Shown here in pieces: positions 1 through 5,953 of a stretch of DNA of 24,000 nt. Within the stretch, counting starts at the first letter, position 1, and every line of letters begins with the position of its first letter. The translations under genes and the position numbers were made by a program. The DNA comes from Novosphingobium pokkalii (GTDB lineage: Bacteria; Pseudomonadota; Alphaproteobacteria; Sphingomonadales; Sphingomonadaceae), in assembly GCF_014652855.1 (NCBI RefSeq), contig NZ_BMZP01000001.1, positions 98,882 to 122,881 of the forward strand, read 5' to 3'. The notes beneath the pieces were generated by a model. That model was not told the origin of the DNA, did not search any database, and was given only the letters and a program-made list of their open reading frames with translations.

Positions 1-2
1 AT

Positions 3-506
3 GCGCGGATCAAGGGCTTTGAAGTGGAAGTGGTGGCCGCCCCGGTGCGCGGCCTGACGGTGACCGGCTCGCTCGGCTATACCGACGCCAAGTATACCAG
101 CGTCGATGGCCCCGCGCAGGTGGCAACCTCCACGCTCCAGGCCGGGGTCTTTGCCGGTGCCACGCTGCCCAAGACGCCCAAGTGGAAGTTCAACGTCTCG
201 CCGCGCTACCAGGCCGATCTGGGCAGCCACGGCAGCCTGGTGTTCCTGGCCGACGTCACGTTCACCAGCACGATGAAGAACGACACCGAAGGCACGTTCC
301 TGCTCGATCGTCCGAGCACCACCGTGCTCAACGGCTCGATCACCTATCGCGCGCCCGGCGGGAACTGGGAACTGACCGCCGGCGGCACCAACCTGACCAA
401 CGAGCGCTATCTCACCACCGGCCAGGCGCAGCTTGCCGGCGGCCAGATCTACGGCACCTACAGCCGCCCGGCCGAATGGTATGCCCGCGTTGGCGTGAAG
501 TTCTGA
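3..506 (+). CDS. TonB-dependent receptor, C-terminal fragment (5' end lies outside the window)
   Basis: The frame is open from the window edge (ARIKGFEVEVVAAP...). The sequence has the alternating beta-strand character of an outer-membrane barrel (GSLGYTDAKY, ITYRAPGGNWELTAGGTNLTNERY). It ends ...WYARVGVKF with a terminal Phe, the same style as the full-length receptor at 13665-15983 (...VRGTLKF). Confidence 0.8.
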   Translation, partial: ARIKGFEVEVVAAPVRGLTVTGSLGYTDAKYTSVDGPAQVATSTLQAGVFAGATLPKTPKWKFNVSPRYQADLGSHGSLVFLADVTFTSTMKNDTEGTFLLDRPSTTVLNGSITYRAPGGNWELTAGGTNLTNERYLTTGQAQLAGGQIYGTYSRPAEWYARVGVKF

Positions 507-515
507 TGCAAGCGA

Positions 516-548
516 CCGGGCGGTGGCCTGTCCGCCGCCCGGTTTCCT
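516..548 (+). terminator. Candidate intrinsic terminator after the receptor gene
   Basis: CCGGGCGG (516-523) pairs perfectly with CCGCCCGG (535-542). Up to 3 further pairs are possible inside the loop. It is followed by only TTT then CCTCCC, so the U-tract is weak. Confidence 0.4.
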
Positions 549-580
549 CCCTTGAAGTCTCCCCCCCTTGGAGAGTGCCC

Positions 581-1114
581 ATGCCCGAAGCCGCCCACAC
601 CGAATTCTGGAAAGACATCAAGCCGGTGGAGAAAGTCTTCCGCGACGGTGGCTTGCCCGAAGTCTACATGCCCAAGATCGCCGAAGGCGACGAACGCTAT
701 TGGGTGCCGATCAGCGAGACGGTGTTTTCCAAGCCCGTGTGGATCAGCCCGGCCAAGAACATGTGGGCCGACGTGCTGATGAGCAAGCAGGCCGGCCTGG
801 TCAACCGCCACTACCACCCGCACCCGATCTGGGCCTACACGATCAGCGGCAAGTGGGCCTATCTCGAACATTCGTGGACGGCCACCGCCGGTGACTTCAT
901 CTATGAAACGCCTGGCGAGAGCCACACGCTGGTCTGCTATGAACACGAAGACCCGATGAAAGTGTTCTTCGTGGTGTCCGGCCCGCTGATGTGGCTGGAC
1001 GAGGCCGGCAACACCATCGGCCATTACGACGTGTTCGACTACATGGCCGCCGCCCGCGCGCACTATGCCGCTGTGGGTATCGGCGCCGATTACGTCGACA
1101 CCCTGATCCGCTGA
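581..1114 (+). CDS. Cupin protein 1, 2,4'-dihydroxyacetophenone dioxygenase-like (ChrR-like cupin), 177 aa
   Basis: ATG at 581 is preceded by GGAGAG (569-574). The longer 182-1114 ORF overlaps the receptor gene in another frame. Cupin motifs: HYHPH...YLEH...GDFIYETPGESHTLV. The size (177 aa) and motif layout match my recollection of the DAD family. No search was run. Confidence 0.75.
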   Translation: MPEAAHTEFWKDIKPVEKVFRDGGLPEVYMPKIAEGDERYWVPISETVFSKPVWISPAKNMWADVLMSKQAGLVNRHYHPHPIWAYTISGKWAYLEHSWTATAGDFIYETPGESHTLVCYEHEDPMKVFFVVSGPLMWLDEAGNTIGHYDVFDYMAAARAHYAAVGIGADYVDTLIR

Positions 1115-1133
1115 ACGAACGGAGCATCCCCCC

Positions 1134-1670
1134 ATGACCGTGATGACCGCCCCGCCGTCTGACAAGGCCGCGATTGTCGACGTGAAATTCCCGCACAAGG
1201 CGCTGGTCGAGCGCCTCAGCCCCGGCGGCCGCTATATCGATGCCGCCACCGACGTGGACAGCCCCTGGGTGCCGTTCGGCGATGGCGCGGCGATCAAGCA
1301 CCTCGCCTTCGATGTGCGGCAGAACCTGTTTTCCAACATCCTGTGGGTCAAGGGGCCCGGCGTGATCGGCACGCATTTCCACCGCGGCACGATCACCATG
1401 GTCTGCCTGGAAGGGTCGGTCCGCTATCTGGAATACGATTGGGTGGCAACGCCGGGCGGCCTGATCCTAGAAACGCCGGGCGAAAGCCACACCCTGGTCA
1501 CCGATCATCCGCAGGGCTGCAAGCTGTTCGGCTGGATGCAGGGGCCGATCGACTTCTACGATGCCGATGCCAACCTGGTCGATACCACTGACGTGTGGTG
1601 GTTCATCAACCACTACGAAACGCACTGCCGCGAGCACGGCATCGCGATCAATCCCAAGCTCTATCTGTAA
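1134..1670 (+). CDS. Cupin protein 2, DAD-like paralog, 178 aa
   Basis: ATG at 1134 with GGAG at 1121-1124, 19 nt after the upstream stop. Motifs: SPWVPFGD...GVIGTHFHRG...RYLEYDWVATPGGLILETPGESHTLV...VWWFINHYETHCREHGI. Clear paralog of the 1681-2214 gene. Confidence 0.8.
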   Translation: MTVMTAPPSDKAAIVDVKFPHKALVERLSPGGRYIDAATDVDSPWVPFGDGAAIKHLAFDVRQNLFSNILWVKGPGVIGTHFHRGTITMVCLEGSVRYLEYDWVATPGGLILETPGESHTLVTDHPQGCKLFGWMQGPIDFYDADANLVDTTDVWWFINHYETHCREHGIAINPKLYL

Positions 1671-1680
1671 GGCGCGCGCC

Positions 1681-2214
1681 ATGGCATCGATGAAAGCACC
1701 GCCGTCCTCGGCCTATGAAATCGTCCAGGTTCCCGAACTCTATGGCGATCTGATCCGCGCGCGCGGGGTGGAAGGCACCTATGTCGGCGCCGGGGAGGCG
1801 GAAAGCCCGTGGGTGCCGTTCGGCGACAACGCCGCCATCCGCCACCTGGCGTTCGACGTGCGCGAGAACATCTACGTCAACATCCTGTGGATCAAAGGCC
1901 CCGGCGTGATCGGCACGCACAAGCACCGGGGCAAAGTTTGGGCGATCGGGCTGGAAGGCTCGTTCCGCTACCTGGAATACGACTGGGTGTGCCGGCCGGG
2001 CGAATTCATCACCGAGACCCCCGGCACCGCGCATACCCTGGTGACCGACGATCCCCAGGGCATGAAGGCCCTGTTCCACATGCAGGGCGCCAACGAGTTC
2101 TTCGATGCCCAGGGCAACCACGTGGAAACGCTCGACGTGTGGTGGTTCATGAACCACTACGAAAGCCATTGCCGCGAGCACGGCATTCCCATCAACAAGC
2201 AGCTCTACCTCTGA
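1681..2214 (+). CDS. Cupin protein 3, DAD-like paralog, 177 aa
   Basis: ATG at 1681, 10 nt after the previous stop. The ORF-track start at 1561 would overlap the previous gene. Motifs: SPWVPFGD...GVIGTHKHRG...RYLEYDWVCRPGEFITETPGTAHTLV...VWWFMNHYESHCREHGI. By eye it is roughly two-thirds identical to cupin 2 over the C-terminal ~135 aa. Confidence 0.8.
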   Translation: MASMKAPPSSAYEIVQVPELYGDLIRARGVEGTYVGAGEAESPWVPFGDNAAIRHLAFDVRENIYVNILWIKGPGVIGTHKHRGKVWAIGLEGSFRYLEYDWVCRPGEFITETPGTAHTLVTDDPQGMKALFHMQGANEFFDAQGNHVETLDVWWFMNHYESHCREHGIPINKQLYL

Positions 2215-2230
2215 ACGGCCGAGCCGTGTG

Positions 2231-3340
2231 ATGCAGGCGCCCGTGCTTTCCAATCCGGTTCTGGCCATCCCGGTTCTGGCCGGCCCGCCACGCGGCACTT
2301 ATCTGCGGCGGTGCTGGTATGTCGTGGGCTGGGCCGACGCCCTTGGCGAGAGCCCGCAGGACCGGATTTTCCTGGAGGAACCGGTCGCCCTGTTTCGCGA
2401 CGAGGCGGGGGTGGCCCATGCCGTGGGCGGGCGCTGTCCGCATCGCTTCGCGCCGCTGGGGCAGGGCAGGGTGCTGGGGGGCGCCCTGGCCTGCCCTTAT
2501 CACGGACTGCGCTTTGATGCGCAGGGCGCCTGCGTTCACAATCCCCATCCCGGCGGCCAGCTTCCAGCCGCGCGCCTGCCGGTCTATCCGCTGGTCGAGC
2601 GGCACGGTCTGCTGTGGATCTGGATGGGAGAGGCCGAGGTAGCCGATCCCGCGCTGATCCCGGACTTTGCCTGGCTCACCGATCCGGCCTGGGCCGTGGT
2701 GCGCGGCGCCACGCGGGCCGAAGGACACTATGAACTCTACAGCGACAACATCCTCGATCTCAGCCATGCCAACTTCGTGCATCCGGCCCTTGTCGCCCGC
2801 GCCTTCACCGAAGGCGAGCGGCGCTTCTGGCAGGATGGCGAGACGGTCCACGCCGAATATGTCCGCCTGGACGATACCCTGTCCAACGGCATCGGCGCGA
2901 TGCTCGGCCGCGTCGGGCAGCCGCAGGATTTCTATGGCGAAGTGACCTGGCATGCGCCGGCCGTGCTGCGCTTCGACTATGTCGCAGGGCCGCCGGGCAC
3001 GCCGCGAGACGCTTGCACCCTGCTGCCCTCGCTTCATGCCTTCACCCCCGAAACGCCCGACACCACGCACTATGTCTGGGCCACCGGGCGCGATTTCGCG
3101 CTGGGCGATGCTGCCTTTTCGCAAGCCATGCAGGCCGCGCTGGAACATGCCTTTGAACGGGAGGACATGCCGATCATCCGCGACAGCCACCGTCTTATGC
3201 GCGGGGCGGATTTCTGGTCGCTCAAGCCGCTGGTGCTGGGCGGCGATGGTGGCGGCATCCGCGCGCGCCGCCTGCTGCAACGCCTGATCGCGCGCGAGCA
3301 GGGCGCCGCGCTGCCCCAAGACAACGAAGCCGACGCCTGA
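2231..3340 (+). CDS. Rieske [2Fe-2S] non-heme-iron oxygenase, VanA / phthalate-family (class IA) oxygenase component
   Basis: Rieske motif CPHRFAPLGQG...CPYHGLRF. Mononuclear-iron motif NILDLSHANFVHP (D-x2-H-x4-H). Family-typical N-terminus CWYVVGWADAL. Start is ATG 2231 or GTG 2228. No reductase gene is adjacent. Confidence 0.85.
   Translation: MQAPVLSNPVLAIPVLAGPPRGTYLRRCWYVVGWADALGESPQDRIFLEEPVALFRDEAGVAHAVGGRCPHRFAPLGQGRVLGGALACPYHGLRFDAQGACVHNPHPGGQLPAARLPVYPLVERHGLLWIWMGEAEVADPALIPDFAWLTDPAWAVVRGATRAEGHYELYSDNILDLSHANFVHPALVARAFTEGERRFWQDGETVHAEYVRLDDTLSNGIGAMLGRVGQPQDFYGEVTWHAPAVLRFDYVAGPPGTPRDACTLLPSLHAFTPETPDTTHYVWATGRDFALGDAAFSQAMQAALEHAFEREDMPIIRDSHRLMRGADFWSLKPLVLGGDGGGIRARRLLQRLIAREQGAALPQDNEADA
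2255..2281 (+). repeat. Exact 12-bp direct repeat CCGGTTCTGGCC x2 (15-nt period) in the 5' end of the Rieske gene
   Basis: Copies at 2255-2266 and 2270-2281 are identical and separated by ATC. They encode PVLA-I-PVLA in the N-terminal extension upstream of the conserved WYV region. Confidence 0.9.
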
Positions 3341-3366
3341 GCGCGGCATTCCTGGAGAGGAACACC

Positions 3367-4206
3367 ATGGCCATTCTCGATCGTTTCAGCATCGCCGGGC
3401 GCAGTGCCTTTGTCACCGGCGCCGCCAGTGGCATCGGCCTCGCCTATGCCCAGGCCATGGCCGAAGGCGGCGCGGCCGTCACTCTCGCCGATGTCGACCA
3501 CGCCGGGGCCGAGCGCGAAGCCGCGCTGCTGCGCGAGGCCGGGCACGAGGCGCGCGCGGCGCACTGCGACGTATCCAGCTTCACCGCCGTGGCCGCCACG
3601 TTCGACGATCACGCGCAGGCCTATGGCGGGCTCGACATCTGCTTTGCCAACGCCGGGATCGATGCCGGCGCGGGCTTCTGGAATCCTGCCGGTCATCGCA
3701 ATCCCGATGGCCAGGTCGATACTTATGATCCCGCGCGCTGGGATCGCTCGATCGCGGTCAATCTCAATGGCGTGTTCTACACCGTGTCCAACGCGGTGCG
3801 GATCATGAAGCAACCCGGCCGCGCCAATGGCCGCAGCGGCGGCTCGATCATCTGCACCGCGTCCAACGCTGGGCTGGTGACAGAGCCGATCGTGGGCCTG
3901 CCCTATATGCCCGCCAAGGCCGGGGTGCTGCACATGGTCCGTGCGCTGGGCCTGGAACTGGCCGAATTCCGCATCCGCGTGAACGCCATCGCGCCCGGCC
4001 CTTTCGTGACCAACATCGGCGGCGGCTGGCTCAAGAAAGACCCGGTGGCCCGCGCCGCCTGGGACGCGATCGTGCCGCTGGGCAAACTGGCCGAAACCGA
4101 GCAGATCAAGCCGCTCGCCCTGCTGCTGGCCTCCGATGCGTCCGATTACATGACCGGCAGTCACGTGGTGATCGACGGCGGCATGATGCTGGGCAAGTAC
4201 CAGTAA
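3367..4206 (+). CDS. Short-chain dehydrogenase/reductase (classical SDR)
   Basis: RBS GGAGAGG lies upstream of ATG 3367. Motifs: TGAASGIGLA (TGxxxGxG), FANAGI, catalytic S...YMPAKAG (YxxxK) and a PG motif (IAPGPF). Confidence 0.9.
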   Translation: MAILDRFSIAGRSAFVTGAASGIGLAYAQAMAEGGAAVTLADVDHAGAEREAALLREAGHEARAAHCDVSSFTAVAATFDDHAQAYGGLDICFANAGIDAGAGFWNPAGHRNPDGQVDTYDPARWDRSIAVNLNGVFYTVSNAVRIMKQPGRANGRSGGSIICTASNAGLVTEPIVGLPYMPAKAGVLHMVRALGLELAEFRIRVNAIAPGPFVTNIGGGWLKKDPVARAAWDAIVPLGKLAETEQIKPLALLLASDASDYMTGSHVVIDGGMMLGKYQ

Positions 4207-5213
4207 TGCGCGCCGTGGTGATGCAGGGGCTGCACCGGCCCCTGGCGCTGGAAACCGTGCCCGATCCCACGCCCGGCGCGGGCGACATGGTGGTGCGCGT
4301 GGGCCGCTGCGGTATCTGCGGGTCTGATCTGCACATGACCGAGGATGCCGCCTATGGCCAGGGCGCGGGCTCGATTCTCGGCCATGAATTCGCCGGAGAA
4401 GTGGTCGCGCTGGGGCAGGGCGTCGAAGGCTGGCGCGTGGGCGATCGCGTGGCGGTCAGCCCACTCAAGAGTTGCGGGGCCTGCCCGGCCTGCCGCGCGG
4501 GCGAAGTGCAATGGTGCGCCGCTTTCGGCCTCCAGGGCGGTGGCTATGCCGAATATGCCCTGACCCGGCCCAACCAGTGCGTCCGCCTGCCGCACAGCGC
4601 GAGCCTGGCCGATGGCGCCATCATCGAGCCGCTGGCCGTGGCCTTGCACGGTATCGGCCTGTCTGGCCTGCGCCGGGGCGACAAGGTGCTGGTGCTCGGC
4701 GCCGGGCCGATCGGGCTGGCCGTGGCTTTCTGGGCGCGCCAGCATGGGGCGGGCCGGGTGGTGGTGCAGGATATCGCCCAATGGCAACGCGATCGCGCCC
4801 TGGCCATGGGCGCGCACGATTTCGTGGTGGCGCCCGACGATCCAGTCGGCACGGCGCAGCGCGCGCTGGGTGGCCCGGCTGATCTGGTGTTCGAGTGCGT
4901 CGGCGTCCCCGGCCTGATCGCGCAAGCCGTCGAGCAGTTGCGCAATCGCGGCACGGTGGTGCTGCTTGGCCTGTGCACCCGGCCCGATACGCTCAACACC
5001 TTTGCCATGCTGTCCAAGGAAGTGCGCCTCGTCACGTCCGCGTTCTTTACCACCGGGGAATACGCCGCTGCGCTCGACGCGCTCGATCGCGGCCTAACCG
5101 AACCGCGCCTTCTGGTCACCGATACCATCGCGCTGGCGCAGACGCCGGATGTGTTTGAAAGCCTGCGCCACCGCACCCACCAGTGCAAAGTCTTGATCGC
5201 GCCCGATGGCTAG
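4206..5213 (+). CDS. Zn-dependent alcohol dehydrogenase (MDR family)
   Basis: Its ATG overlaps the SDR stop (TAATG, 4204-4208). Catalytic-Zn motifs: CGICGSDLH and GHEFAGEV. Structural-Zn motif: CGACPACRAGEVQWC (C-x2-C-x2-C-x7-C). Rossmann motif: VLGAGPIGLA. Confidence 0.9.
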   Translation: MRAVVMQGLHRPLALETVPDPTPGAGDMVVRVGRCGICGSDLHMTEDAAYGQGAGSILGHEFAGEVVALGQGVEGWRVGDRVAVSPLKSCGACPACRAGEVQWCAAFGLQGGGYAEYALTRPNQCVRLPHSASLADGAIIEPLAVALHGIGLSGLRRGDKVLVLGAGPIGLAVAFWARQHGAGRVVVQDIAQWQRDRALAMGAHDFVVAPDDPVGTAQRALGGPADLVFECVGVPGLIAQAVEQLRNRGTVVLLGLCTRPDTLNTFAMLSKEVRLVTSAFFTTGEYAAALDALDRGLTEPRLLVTDTIALAQTPDVFESLRHRTHQCKVLIAPDG

Positions 5214-5944
5214 GCCTGGGCCAGGAACGCGCGCAGCAGGGTCTGGCCATCGGGCGTGTCGGCATTGGCGGCGCGCAGCGCGGGCACCGAAAAGCCGGCG
5301 CGGGTGATCGCCTCGGCATAGACGTCATAGCTGCCGGCCATGATCGCGGCGTCGAATTCGGGATGGAACTGCACGCCCCAGGCGCGCGGGGCATAGCGCA
5401 CCGCATGGTGCGGATCGTGCCCGCTGGTGGCCAGCACTTGCGCGCCTTCGGGCAGGGCCAGGACCGACTGGAAATGGAACACCATCATCCGCGCCACCGG
5501 GGGCAGCGCGGAAAACAGCGCGTCCTCCGCGCCCGCTGCGGTGCGGGCCACGTCCACCCCGCCAAACATCGCCCCGCGCGGATTGTCGGCCACCGTGCCG
5601 CCCAGGGCATGGGCCAGCAACTGGTGGCCAAAGCACACGCCCAGGATCGGCGCGCCCTGCGCCATGGCCGCGCGCGCCCAGGCGGCGGTGCGCTCGATCC
5701 ATGGGTGGCCGTCGGTCACCATGTCGATCGCCCCAGTGATGATCGTGGCGCGTACGTCTGCCGGATCGGGCAGCGGCTCGTCGCGATAGACTTTGACCGC
5801 CAGGATATCCTCGCGCGCCACGCCGCAGCCTGCGCCGAACCAGGCCAGTTCGTCGCCATGCACGGCGCAAGTGGCGGGCATGTCGTCATAGGATGTGGCG
5901 GGCTGGATGATGAGCAGGGGCTTGGGCAAGGAAAGGCCTTTCAC
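5210..5944 (-). CDS. Class-I glutamine amidotransferase-like protein (GuaA-type GATase domain, COG0518-like)
   Basis: Nucleophile elbow ILGVCFGHQLLAHALGG and the His/Glu of the triad in VQFHPEF. GTG start at 5944, 9 nt after the stop of the upstream fusion gene. No obvious SD, so translational coupling is possible. Confidence 0.8.
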   Translation of the reverse strand: MKGLSLPKPLLIIQPATSYDDMPATCAVHGDELAWFGAGCGVAREDILAVKVYRDEPLPDPADVRATIITGAIDMVTDGHPWIERTAAWARAAMAQGAPILGVCFGHQLLAHALGGTVADNPRGAMFGGVDVARTAAGAEDALFSALPPVARMMVFHFQSVLALPEGAQVLATSGHDPHHAVRYAPRAWGVQFHPEFDAAIMAGSYDVYAEAITRAGFSVPALRAANADTPDGQTLLRAFLAQA

Positions 5945-5953
5945 GGCTGGATG

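Noticed and set aside
182-1114. 310-aa version of the first cupin gene
   Set aside because: The N-terminal 133 codons overlap the TonB-receptor coding region in another frame and are Arg/Pro-rich. ATG 581 has a proper SD and gives the 177-aa family-typical length.
581-2214. The three cupins as ChrR-type anti-sigma factors
   Set aside because: They lack the N-terminal zinc-binding anti-sigma domain (no HxxxCxxC), no ECF sigma gene is nearby, and their size fits stand-alone DAD-type enzymes.
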